The notes under the pieces are model-generated. The model saw only the letters and a list, made by a program, of their open reading frames with translations, made no database searches and had not been told where the DNA came from. The position numbers were made by a program, and so were the translations under genes. A stretch of DNA of 64,000 nt, from NCBI GenBank assembly GCA_021613535.1, contig CP075496.1:11284001-11348000 (forward strand), read 5' to 3'. Shown piece by piece: positions 1 to 13,370 of this stretch (the first letter of the stretch is position 1; each line of letters starts with the position of its first letter). This DNA comes from Adineta vaga. Its lineage: Eukaryota > Animalia > Rotifera.

Positions 1-894
1 ATGCAACCAGTCGGTTACATCAAGATAATGCAACATGGCGCCTGTATAGACTTGTAGATCCAACTTTTGGTAAACATAGAGTTTTGTAGATATTAAATAT
101 AACGAAGAAATTCATTTATCTAGCAGAAAAAATGTTATCAAGATCACGTGATAGTTCCATAATTCGACGTCGACCTGTTGTACAACATTCTGGTAATTAT
201 CGACTGTTATAAAACAAATATTCAATAGATTTCTTTTGTTCTATTTGACAGGTGATGTTAATTCAACGCCCGAAAATGTACCACTAACGTACAAAATCGG
301 AACGGATGAGTAAGATTTTGTTTCTAGATTGAGTCATAGATAAAATATCATTCTATGTTATTAAAAGATTACCAGAAAAATTCAAACAAGCAATTCGAGT
401 GATGCGACGAATGAAATTTTTTGTTGCACGTCGAAAATTTCAAGTATATTGAAATTTAATTATTTCCTTAATTCAATTTAAATTCTATAGGAAGCAAGAA
501 AACCAAGTGATATGACTGAACTTGTTAAACAAACAGCTGAAGATAATCAAGCATTGATGAATAAATTAAAAGATATTCACCGAAAGTAAATCATCAAAAA
601 AAAACCTAAAACTATATTAATCATAAATGTTCTTTTAGACTTGATTCAACACTTGGTTCGGCTCCAACATCTCGAGATAATACGATGTCATCACGTCATA
701 CTAATCCAACACAAACTCTATCAAGATATCGATCAAATCGTTCATCCACAAATTCTCGTACGGGTCAAGTTACAATTCTTGAACATTTCCAAATGTTTAA
801 TGAACGCTTAACATCAGTTGAACAACAAATGCATTCCATGACAAATCTATTACAACGTATAGACGATCGAATGAATCAATCAAATGTAACTTGA
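1..894 (+). CDS. KCNQ: 3' exons of a KCNQ (Kv7) voltage-gated potassium channel; 5' part lies outside the window
   Basis: Spliced exons read LPEKFKQAIRVMRRMKFFVARRKFQ|EARKPSDMTELVKQTAEDNQALMNKLKDIHR, matching the KCNQ helix B/C region, followed by a helix-D-like coiled coil (FNERLTSVEQQMHSMTNLL); stop at 894. Confidence 0.75.
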
Positions 895-1237
895 ATGATA
901 AACAAATGAAACATTTCTTTTCTTGTACTTTCTTCTTGTTTCGTGATGTCTGATATTTTACAGCCAATTTCCGATATTGTTTTCATTATGTTTTACCACT
1001 ATTCTAGTCTAGCCTAGTCTTTAAATAAAACAAGTCAATGTATATTATCAGAAAAAAGCAACATCTCGATCATATTCACTAAAAAACCTCAGAACAGTTG
1101 AAATAAGATGAATTGTCGAGAAATATATGCTATGGTTTTATTAATAATGTTCTGTTCTTCTTCCCGTCAATCGGGTTTTTTTTATTATCTAAAAAAGAAA
1201 ACGTTAGAAATAACATAAACTACAAGAAAAAATGAGT

Positions 1238-4090
1238 CTAGGGTTGAGTGGTCAATCTTCGAATATAATGTTCATAGCTTGGTTCTCGTGATCGAAATTC
1301 GCGAAATAGTTCACGCATACTAACTGTACCGCCACGTGCCAGAATTGTATCACGAAATCTTGAAAAAGAAATTAAATCATTTGAAAAAGAGATTCATTTT
1401 TCTTTCATATCTTACTTCTTTCCAAGTACTGCTATTTTTTCTTTATCATTCATTCCTACTTCTTTAAAAGCATTGAATAAATCACATGCAATCATTTCTG
1501 ACCATTTATGTGAATAATAAGCTGATGCTAATTGTTCACAATAAATTTGTTCAAAACTACATGGATGAAAATCACGATTATGTAATGGTACAGATGTAAA
1601 TAATGGCCATAATTTCACCATTGCATCATAATAATTCGTTGCATTTGAATGAATTTCCAGATCAAATGCACTTAAATATAATTGTCGAAGAATATCGTGT
1701 GTAATCATATGTTGATCGATCTGATTCAAAGCACGATTATAGGTAGAAGGATCTAAACTTGTTTTTGTTTCGACATTTTCACTAATATATGAAAGAATAG
1801 TTGAATCACGAAGACATTGAATAAGAAAATGTGGAACAATATCAAGAGCATCAGTTTCGAGATTACGCATGCCAGCTAATTCATGATTTGGAGATTGAGT
1901 AAGAAGAACTTGAAGAACACGACCAAACTAAACAAAGAAATATGTGAATAAGAGATACTAATGGCAGTATTTCATTGATTCGTTATTTTCATTTCATTCT
2001 CGAATAAGAAAGTGAACGGAACTAAGGTACGTACAGCAAAAAACATTTCTTTGAGTTGCGCTAATGTCATTAATGTTGCTGTTCCTTCAATGCGTGGTAG
2101 ACTCATATTAAGATAAGCAATTGGGAAGATACTATGTCGTTGACAACGGTCTTAAAAAATGAAATCATATTATTTTCAACAAAAATATTCAATAGTTTAC
2201 TTACCTCGACCAGCTGTACCAAGAAATAATTCTGATTTCTGATTTGGTCTAGCAAATGCATCGATAAATACGTGTCCAATGACATTTCCTAAACAATTCA
2301 TATATTCTTTGTCTTATAGAAATTTAATTGAAATTGAAATTACCATTTTCTATGCATCGATAAACTTGTACATCAGGATGCCATTTATATTGTTCATCAA
2401 AATTATTTTCTAACTCAAATTTAACACCGAAAAGAACTTCAACAAATTGAAAAAGTCCATTGAGTACATGATCATATGAAAAATGGCGACTAATTTGTAA
2501 TGGATCAATTTTCAATGATGAATATAAATCTTGTAATTGTCTATGACGCCAATAAGCAACATCCCATGCTTGTAATTTTTCATATTCATTTGATTTCTTC
2601 GATTTTTCTTGAGCATATGCAGTTAATTCACGAATATTTTCATCATGAATTGGTTTTAATTTCGAACGTGTACTTTCAATAAAATCTTGTACTATTTCTT
2701 TTGTTCGAGCCATTTTTGATTGTAAAATAATATCAGCAAAACATGAATAACCAAGAAATTTTGCAATTAATTTTCTAAACAAAATAATAAGAGAATGAAA
2801 AGAAATAAAATATTTCAATCATAAAATAGAAACCTTTTTCGAGTTATTTCAACTATATTTTCAACATTTCGATTTAAACGATCAACTGTGGGTGATGCAC
2901 GACCATAATATGCTTCGAACATTAATTTTCGTAATGGACGATTACCAGAATAAGTCATTATTGTATGAAATGTTTGATCAGATAAATCCAATCTCCATGG
3001 ACCAGAATCCGGTTTTGCTCTATGAGAAGAAAATGACATATAAAACTCGTGTAACTATTTCTTACAATATCTTACTTATCCACAGCAAATTGTTGTTTTA
3101 TATGATATGGTACATCATCAAATGCGAATGGATCAAGTTCGAGATGTGTAAATGTTTTATTACCATAGAGAAGTCTTTGTCTTTTCAAGAGAAGAAAAAA
3201 AAATATGACTGAGATATTCAATAGAATGAAAGTATTTACGCAAAACTGTATTGATGTTGACTAAGTTTTCCATTAAGTAATTGTAATTGATCGAATTCTT
3301 CATTTTGTAGATGACAACCATTTAACTTTCCAAAATGTAAATAAACATTTATTAATGTTTGTTGCCAATCTTCTAATTTTGCACGTCGTTCATCAGTATT
3401 AAGGCCCTACAATTGGAATATGAAGTTTGAATTCAGAAAAAGAACACATCTGAAATTGAATTTACTTGAACAAGATTGAAAAGAGTTGGATCTTGAAAAC
3501 GAAATTCTCGATGAATAGCAAAATGACTATCGAACTAAGAAAAAGAAGACGATATGGGAATAAATGAAGTTCAATATACAAACTTTTGAATACAAATTTG
3601 CAAACATTCTCTGATTAACTAATGCTAATTGACGAATTGTATAATAACCAGTTTCAAATTGAACATTCAAATCTTCAATTGGATTAAATATAGATTCAAA
3701 TGTTGGTTTCGATGATTCTATACAGATTATATTAAATATATATTGTACACCAAAATTCATCAGATTCTTTACCATGTGCTAATCTTTCAACATGTTGTTG
3801 AATAGCTGTATCGGTTTCCGTACATAATCGAAGACCTCCACTGACAACAGCTTGTGTTGTTGCATGTTCATATGATGGAAAAGTATTCGATTGAAATAAT
3901 GCATCACTACCTTCAACAACGGGTGGTAACTCAGGTGCTCTGTTAAAAGACAGAAACAAATGTATGAAATCATTACACGAAGAATAACTAATGCATACAC
4001 TAAATAGTAACTATTACGAATAAATGATTTGGAAAAATGTAATGCTTGTCGATTAGTTATATGTGCTCGTCTAGCTAGAAATTGAAACAT
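1238..4090 (-). CDS. M3 family oligopeptidase A-like protein, multi-exon, N-terminal mitochondrial-type presequence, HEXXH motif lost
   Basis: Motifs LGYSCFAD, LQAWDVAYW, WHPDVQVY, AYYSHKWSEMIACDLF and FRDTILARGG..LFREFRSREPS are typical of OpdA/Dcp M3A; the zinc site reads EMFFAFGRVLQVLL. Confidence 0.85.
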
Positions 4091-4357
4091 TTTATCTAAA
4101 AAGAATAAATTATAAACGAATATTTATCGAGATGTCTTTTTCATTTTCTAAACTTTTTCAAATTGCCATTTTATAAATATTTTTAAAAAAACGGAAGCCA
4201 CCAAAAGAATGATTTAAATATACGATTAAACGCGAATAAAAAGAACAGAAAAATAATAACAATTAATAAGTTATCACATAAATAAGAAGAAATTAAACCA
4301 GAGATTCTTTGGAGTAACAAAATAATTCGTATATTATCAATGTTTCATTCATATTCA

Positions 4358-6848
4358 TCAAGATAAATAGATTTCTTTCCATGTCCATTTTTGTGCTGTA
4401 GAATTTTCATCACATGTTTCTAAAAGTAGACGTTCTCCATCCGATGTAACACATTTATAAACTTTTGTCGAACGAATTTGTCGAGTTTCATTCGCATATG
4501 TCCATTCACCTTTTGGAATCCATCGACCCATTTGTACACAATGTCTATCATCGATAAATAAAAACATATGATCAAGAAAATTCATTACTCAATATATTTT
4601 GAATACCTTGCAACAACTGAGTCTCCTTCGGATATAAAACAATGTTCACCTACAGACCATTCACCTTCAACATTAATACGAAATAATTGATTACCACCTT
4701 GATGATGACAACCAGACATGCCAATCGGTTGACCATATTGACCCTCTTTTGTATCAGCACATAACTGAGAATATTTTTCATTACGCATCTCTCCCCATAC
4801 ATGATTTGCTGGTGGCAAAGGATATTTTTCCGTCATTTCATAAGCAACATTATCCAAAAACCATTTAAAACTTGAACAATTTAAGTTTTGTCGTATTGCT
4901 TTATACGCACTTGTATCACCAATATCCAAACGACCATGATTTGGTTGACGTCGCAAATAATATTCTTTATATTCATCCATCCATACCTAATATTAAATGT
5001 AAATAATTATGTCAATGAGTAGATTATCAATACATACTTCAGCAACACGGAGATGATTGATATGACTTTGTTGTGGATTTCCAGTTCGAGGATGAATACT
5101 ACGTCGACGGGGTCCTCGATAAATATGGCCAACATGGCTGCAACTAACCCTGGAAAAGAAAAAGATAATAATTAAGAACAAAAATGTGGTGTAGGTTAAG
5201 TTTTTTACCATTCTAGTTGACCACCACACATCCAAACTTTAAAACTTAATTCATATTGTTCACCTAAGAATTCAGATGAAAATTGAAATGACATTATTGT
5301 AATAATCTATGCATACCTCCCCTAGAAAATAGAAACAAGAATTAGTTTTGCAAAGTGAGTATTAATAAAATAACTCTTTCACGATAGTTTAAATCCGCTT
5401 AACACGATATGCTACATTTAGCTGCTATTATTGTTTACTAGAGAACTGAAAAATTAGTTGTTAAATACTTACCAAACTTTGATATCTGGATCATAGCCAC
5501 CTAATTCAAAGAACCATTTCTTATCAATTGCAAGAAGTCCACCCGCATGCTAGATATACAAAGATCTTCACATATTACCAAATCATCTTTTAATTCTGCT
5601 TACAGTTGGACTTTTGTATGGTTCAGTTGGGTGCTTCATTAAATTTCTTTCACGCTTTGGTAATTCTGATTCTTTGTATAAAAATCCCCATTCCCATATA
5701 CCTCTATATAGTGTTCCGCCATAGGCTTGATTATGTCGAAGTGTATTCCATTCAATTCCATCAACAATAGGTACAGCTAATGTTTTACGATTCAATGCAA
5801 TTCGAGTCAATAATGGTGGTAACCAATTAGTCACCTAGTTATGAAAGAAATACATGTGATGAAAAACTTTAAATTAAAAAATTAAGTATTTTTTTCTTAC
5901 ACATTCACAATGAGCATCTAAGATTACAACAACATCACCTTCGCAAGCACGGGCACCAATGACACGAGCTTCTACTAGTCCAACACTAAGATATAGATAT
6001 ATATATATATATATATATATAATGAAAAGATCTATATTTTGCAATCAAATTGAGAAAAAAACAGAAAATATACCGTTTTTCAGTTCGAATATATTTAACA
6101 ATACCATTCCATTGTTTAATATACTCTGGTAAACGAACAGTAATATGTTCTTGATCACTAAAGTCATCAACAAGAATAATATCCTTTAATAATTTTTTCG
6201 GACTTGTATTAATCACAGAATGAATTGTTCGAACTAATGTTGACCAACCTTCATCATAAAAAACAAGAATAACTGAGGCAGTTGGTAATTTATCAACACT
6301 TGGATAATTCCAATATTTGCAATCGGTTGGCCTAAACAGAATATATGTAAATTACATTATTGATAATTCGTTGTTATTCCTTACCTTGTGTCACGTGCTT
6401 GACGATCTAGAGAAATCTTATCACTTGCAACTTCATTAAAACCATATTCAGCAACAGATTGTTCTCCAAGTTTAATTTCATCTCCTTTCAATTGAACACC
6501 TTCACCACCTTCACCTGGACCTATTGATTTAATTGCATTTTTAATTTCATAATTTCCTAGTACACCTTTTGTCATAAATGGTTCTAATTCTGAACGAATA
6601 TCTTTTTTAATTTCGATAACTGAATCCGGTTGTTTGTTCTCATTGACTTCAATATTTCGTGCAGCAATATGATGTGGAATATGCTTTGCTTGTTCATTAT
6701 CATTGTCAATTACACGTGCTTGAACTGATGATGATGTTGATGTAGCTTCAGATTTATTGGAATTAAACGAACGAAGAAATAATAATGCAAAGAAAAGGTA
6801 CAATCCAATGAAAATTAATAAAAACCGCCACAAACGACTTTTAACCAT
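4358..6848 (-). CDS. GALNT7: Polypeptide N-acetylgalactosaminyltransferase (GALNT7/pgant7-like) with ricin lectin domain
   Basis: N-terminal TM anchor, DIILVDDFSD, LDAHCE, YRGIWEWGFLYKE, HAGGLLAID, WGGEQYELSFKVWMCGG, C-terminal ricin repeats (CHHQGGNQ). Confidence 0.9.
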
Positions 6849-7107
6849 TGCGAAATTATGAGTATTTATTTAGTTTTTCGAATCAATGGCTTCGATGTTC
6901 AAATGCTAATCTACCAATTGCAAATGAAATATATTGAAGAAATATGTTCAGATAAAAGTATTTTATAGTGAATTGAATGAAGCACGAAGTGGAATCTACA
7001 ACTACATGTATCTGAAAGAAGAAAAATACCAATCTTCTCTTTTACTTGGCTCGTTTATTCAAATGAAAGAAAAACTCTCGCTTGATTAATGATTAAAAAT
7101 TCATTTT

Positions 7108-8080
7108 TTAAAATTTATTTTTTCGTTCACGTAATTCAGCCATACATTCAACTGGATCGGTTTTACCAGTAAATGCTTGAACACTTCTTTGATTTGTACG
7201 CATAAAGGGATTAAATTTTAATTCATCACCAATAGTTGATGGAATTGTAACTGAATTTAAACTTGCTTGTTTTGATTTTAAATCTTTATTATCAGGTTCA
7301 ACAGTTGCTGCAAATTCTAAATTTTTCTTTGTATACTCATGACCACAATAGACAAGCTAAAATAGATCGTAGTCGTTTGTTTTTAGAATAAATGAAATTC
7401 GTTTTACAGTATTTGGATCAAGTGCTGCTAGTTTTTGAAGACTAGATTGCATTTGTGCAGCTGTACCTTCAAAGAATTTACCACAACCACCAATAAATAA
7501 AGTATCACCGGTAAAAACGGCTTGTTCTTTCCCATCTAAAATACTTTCAAGTACAGAAATGAACGAATGATTTTTCTCTCACCAGTAACAACATAACACA
7601 CATGGCCAGATGTATGACAAGGTGTTGATAAACAGGTAATATCAAGTTCTCCAATCTATTTCAATCAAACAATTTTTCCTATAATTATTAGAAGATTTTT
7701 TTTAGAAAGAAATCAATTACTTTAAGTTTTTCATTGTCTTTTACTGGATGTGTAAGAGCTTGTAATGATTTATCTCCACCAACAACTTTTATTTGATCTT
7801 TTTCTTCTTTCATCAAATCAAGCATTCTACTATTACCACCAGCATGATCACCATGATGATGTGTAGTTAAAATAGTTGTTAATTTTAAACCTTCTTTTTT
7901 GATTGTTTTGACTAACTAATCATTTGAATTAAAAGAATAATAACTTGACGTTATTCGAGAGAAGAAATAATTTACTTCATCGGGTTCAGCAGGATCTACA
8001 ACTGCACATTCTGTTGATTTATCATCTGTTATTAAATACATATAATTATCACTAAATGCTTGGAAATGACGAATTTTCAT
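7108..8080 (-). CDS. HAGH: Hydroxyacylglutathione hydrolase (glyoxalase II), multi-exon
   Basis: [97 protein letters not shown]. Confidence 0.93.
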
Positions 8081-8326
8081 TGTACGAGAATAAAGATGAT
8101 TAATTAAAGATGAAAATCTGGAGAAGAAATAGAAATCGTAGGGACATAATATGTACTGGAAATAGAAATTTGTTGTTTTATCCCAAATAATTCAATGTAG
8201 ACTTACTTCAACAAAGAATGGTGTCGCATAAACATAATTTCAAGGATATTTAGTCAATGATAGACTTCCTAGACAATTAATTTCCAAAATATATCATTCA
8301 AATTCGGAGTTTTACGTATCGTATAC

Positions 8327-8428
8327 TATAGTGTAGGGGCGAGATAAGCTACATTCAGACGCTAATATAATATTGTATGTAGCTTATTCTTGTCAGTTTA
8401 AACCAATCAGAATGCACTCCATACTATA
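8327..8428. repeat. Small (~100 bp) element with imperfect terminal and internal inverted repeats, MITE-like
   Basis: Ends TATAGTGTAGGGG / CTCCATACTATA are imperfect inverted copies; internal GAGATAAGCTACA pairs with TGTAGCTTATTCT. Confidence 0.35.
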
Positions 8429-9829
8429 CCTTTTCTTGTTCGGACGTGACGTCTATTTAAGACCAAAAGATGAATATGACTTGTATTCATCAAAAATGTG
8501 TCTGTTTTGATGTTGTACAACGCATAGTATATTATTCGAATGATTTTCTTACTTAAACATATCTTATGATAATTTCATCATTGTTTCGTCTATCAAAAGT
8601 TCTGCGAAAGACTTGAGATTTTCTCTTTTATTATGAATGATAGGAAGAAATCGCTGCTTGATCTTAATCTTATCAACGATTTTTGAGTATATACATAATA
8701 TACAATTTTAGTAGAAATTCTTTTGATTGCCTTTTGATAGGCATTAAACTGAACATAAACCTATATGATATTGTTATGAAATCAAATATGTATTCTATTG
8801 AAAAAACTCAATCGTAATATCGATCTCTAAGACGAACTATTTTGAGTGAAAATATCTTTTTTTTTCGAAAATTCATCTATAAGAAACTGAAAAGACTAGA
8901 AAACTTAGTCATTTTCGAGGTCGTTTTCAGTCCCCTCCCAGAAATTGAACTTGTTAGATGTGATTGTAATAATGATTTAGGAGAAATTTTTTAGACTTGA
9001 TTTTGTATAAGTAAATCTGCATTAACAATAAAATAAAAAATTGACTTTATTTTTATTCCTCTAACGTAGTTTATAAGAATTAAGCAAATATATAGGTATT
9101 ATTATTTATTTCTGATCACGTGTGACATCAAGATAATGTAGTATGAGTGTTGAATCCATGACAGGCATATCTAAGTTACATGGTGACCGAGACTTTTTTT
9201 CTATATTACAACAACGAAAGACTCGCATCGCATATCGCTGCATGTTTAAAGACGAAAAAACAAATATAACTTGAGAATTGTCCATATGCGTGACAAATGA
9301 TAGTATAGGCACGTGTATACACGTGATTGAAGAAGACTAAACAAAAGAAAAAAATGGTTTCTTCTAGGTTTATTTCGTTCAGTTGTTTATGAACGATCAA
9401 ATATTATTAGCTTGCTTTACCACGTGTCATCTTACATAGACGTTCTACCACTCTCTTTTCAATATTTATTCCCTGATACATGTTCATATCGTCTCTCCCT
9501 CTCTCTTATAACAGTTGATAACCGATTAATATACTTCTAAATTTAAGAAAACAAGCATGTAGTACAGTATGATTGAGCGATGGAAAAAGAAACAAATATT
9601 TTCTTTTCTATTTAACACATGTTAGAATTAGTTTGGTACTCAGTGAGAGAAGTTTATATCAAATGATCGCTCTTACACAGTTTCTCCTCCAAATATAGCG
9701 ACTTTTTTTACGAGCTAAACTAGCAAATGTATTTAAAATATTTTATGAATGAATTCGTTCATATTTTGTATTATTCGAGAGGAAAACGTATTAGCATGTA
9801 TAGTGAAGATTGAAAAACTACGCACTGTA

Positions 9830-11874
9830 ATTTAAAAGAATTGACGCTTTTGTAATAATTCTTGTATTCTTCCAACCAGATCTGTACTGATATTACTTCA
9901 GACTGGTGCAAAATTGTTTTGGAAAGAGAAAAATATACTTTGGAAGAATAATATTGAGATAAATCTGTTTCTGGTTCTTAAACGGAAATCTATGAAACAA
10001 ACCTGTTCAAGGTATTAAAAATTGTTATACCTAGTTTTCTCACATTTATATAAATAAATCAAAACAAAAGTCAAAAAAGAAATATCTTGCAATAATTTTT
10101 GCTTCACTTGATCAACCATTACCAGTTATTTACTTACTAATTGTAATGTATAGATGTATTAACATCATTTACATTGTTCATTTATTAGTCCATATTTACC
10201 TGGAAAAGAGAAAAGATGTATATCTAAGAAGCAATTTGACCAATTCTCTGGATAAATAACTAAATATAGGCATTAAAAAAAATGTGTTATTTCCATAAAT
10301 ATTGCATTGTAACAGATTAAAAACATGACTTTAGGATGAATATGAAAATTTTGAAAAATAGATGCATGATTACGTTGGCCGAATTCGTCGGGTAAAATTT
10401 CAGTACAAAAACAAAAGTTCAATAATACAGAAATTTCATCGTATACGAAACTTAATTTCTTATATCAATACGTAAAAGTTGAACGAAATTTTGATTTAAA
10501 AGATCATATAAAAAGAGGAGGCTAGTCAGTAACAATAAAATGCAAATGAATATTTTCATTTTTATAAAGTTGATTAATGATTTCATTAAAATCGTTAACT
10601 AATAGACATTTGATGAGAATAATTATTTATAAAACATTTTTTAATGAGCAAATGTCAATATTGACATGAACTACAATTTTTTGTAAGGTTATTCTGTAGA
10701 TTTTTCGTATGTCTACTCTTCTGAATTAAACTCAAATTCCTTGTCCATGTTGGTATAATCATAATAAGACGATGGTTAAAACTTTATTATTTGATAGTAG
10801 AAATATTTGTCTACCTGTACGATATTATCGAAGATAGTTTTGTTCAAAGAAAAAAGACAAACAAAAAAGTAGGTTTTTAACGGACGGAACAATATACAAA
10901 GAAATAAATCATGAACTGAGAACCATTTTGTTCTTTAATTGATGTGCTTGAGCTAAAGCAGAGTTTTATGTCATTTATTATGAATTATTTGATTTACACA
11001 TACCGTAGACGAGATATTTTTCATAAATATCAGGCATAATATTTAGAACGTTGTTGCTATTTATGCTCAATGCTGGTAAATCCAACTTTCGTCGTGCGAA
11101 CTTCAACATATTGTATAATTCATATTGTTGTATATTGAGTTGATGCTGTATCTCTCCCATCACTGTGATAATATTGGCTAAAAATTAAATACAGTAAGAT
11201 TACACTCGAATCGATGACAACAAGCTTACTTGGATTAATTTGACAATACTGCTCTAAAAAATACTGAATTTTTCTATTTACTTTGTGTTTTGTTGCCTGC
11301 TTTTCCCTCTATCTGTTAACTACTTTCATCCTTGTACCACCACTTGATGGAACCGAACTCTCATATCTAAGAGATGATCAACTATCACTTTCGCTCGCTG
11401 AATCCGTGATAGATACATCTGACATTTTCAGCTGGTTGCTGTTATCACTAAATGAACGATCATCTAAAATGAGAAAATAGTAGAAAACTTATATTTTTTA
11501 TGATTACATACTGATGGTGAATTCCTTCAATTCTTTTTCATTATGTCCAACAGGATATCTAAAGTCATCATAAAGATAAATAAAATACATATAAATAAAG
11601 ATACTTACATTTTATTGATCGATGAATTGTGTTGTGGAACACTTTCGACACAAATTACAGAATCCGAAGGTAAGCGTGCAAGTAATGTATTAGAAATGAT
11701 AGAATCGTCTGCTGTATCCAGAAAATTAAGCTTTTCACGCGAAGATAGATTGAATCTTTCTCGAATGATAGTTTCTGTGCTATGCCATGGAACTTCTTGA
11801 TCAAATTTATATTTGATTTTCGCATCACCACATACAAAGTATAGACATTTTAAAGTTGACGAGTATGATGACAT
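9830..11874 (-). pseudogene. Decayed multi-exon gene of unknown family
   Basis: Exon 11874-11608 is open with a GTAAGT donor and further GT-AG bounded segments follow, but the third exon has in-frame stops (TGA ~11380, TAG ~11310); downstream exon-like pieces at 11178-11006 and 10380-9830; extent uncertain. Confidence 0.35.
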
Positions 11875-12315
11875 GATTGAATGTATAATGGCGATAGTAA
11901 GTGCTGACGCTCAATACACTGTACGATGATATGATTCGTTTCTTTCAGTTCCATTCCATTCGTCAGAAAAGATTAATCATTGGTGGACGCTACTTAGCAA
12001 TTTTCAAGAAAACAACGTTACTTGCAGGTTCAACTATTTTCTATCGACTATGAAACAATCTTCAAATTATTGATTCAAATAAAAATTAATTATCCATAAG
12101 TTTTTATAGATGTCGCTGCATGTCAAAGTATAGTATGCAGAATGCAGAAGTCTAAGTCAGCGAAACAAACAGGTTGTATAATCAAAGCAAAAGAATGTAA
12201 CGTCATGAAAATTATTGAAAATAATTCATTGAATAGCTTTTTGATCCAATGAATAAAAGCAACATATATGTCGCTATTTGTCTAGAGAAATATAAAATTG
12301 ACATGTTTTTACATA

Positions 12316-13161
12316 TCTTCTTCTTCTTCTTTATATATATAAAGAAGAAAGTTTGTTTGTCTGTCTCTTCGCTATGGATTCAGTCCCTGTAATAGGTAAC
12401 GTCACCAAACTTCCCTAGGTCCAGAGAAAGGTCGATATGGGGTTAGAATGGTCATTCGGGAGTGGGGGTGGGGGTACGGGTGTGGGTGAATTTTCACCCG
12501 GGTGATGGCATATAGGAATTTTTCGATCCCACTGACAGCTGGCGACACCAAAATTTTCATGGGACTTCCATAAGTTCCACGTATTTCCCTAGAACTTTGA
12601 ACAACTGGATGTGGGTGTCTGCATCCAAGATGGACAACTGCAATGCATGCTTTGGGTTCTCAAAAAAAAACTGATTCTGGAGTGAAATGACAACTCTACC
12701 TGGATGGAGTCGAAGTGAAGTTTATAAACAAGAAAATGACTTGCAGCGGGCGTCTGAGAATAGGCATATCTATCAAGGGGTAGGAGTTGCAGTGGGACAG
12801 TGGGAGTAGATTTGACAGGAACCGAGCTGTATGTCGTATGCATAGCGAGACAAGACTAGTAGGAAAGAACTAATGAAGAGGTGCGAAAAGCTTTGAAAAA
12901 ATTACCTTGTGCATGACGCGAAAAGGAATATACGAGTGGCCTCAGTACGGAGGAGAAAGACGTGTGGAAGACAGATAACGCGCGCTGAGTGACAACCTGA
13001 AAGTTTACACTAGCTAAAGCAGGACAGGAAAGGAAGGTGTGAGCATTTTTTGATACAAGACGGGTAAATACCAACGTAGATGTTCGTTGGGTGATGAGAA
13101 GAGCACTGTTGTCGATGGAAAACGTAAATTGTGTCCTCTTTGCAGCGAGTATCTCCGCTAG
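12316..13161 (+). mobile_element. Non-autonomous Helitron-like element
   Basis: Inserted between A and T; 5' TC..TCTTTATATATATAAAG..GTTTGTTTGTCTGTC start; 3' degenerate hairpin (CTCTTTGCAGCGAG) followed by CTAG; GC content visibly higher than flanks; no TSD. Confidence 0.7.
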
Positions 13162-13370
13162 TATTATATATAATTACAATTTATTCTGTATCTGCTTGCT
13201 CGAATTATCAAAAAATCTAACCTATTGCGCTTATGAGTATCTCAAGAATATCGACATTTTCAATTATATGCATATTTTGTTACTTTTTACTAGCAAATCA
13301 TCGTTGAATGTCCATCCATTTTCAGATTAAACGATGCTATTTTTAACATTATTTGGTATTGTAATTTTCT

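Noticed and set aside
12589-13074. Minus-strand ORFs inside the Helitron-like element as a real gene
   Set aside because: Interrupted by a stop, no recognisable domain, contained within a TE
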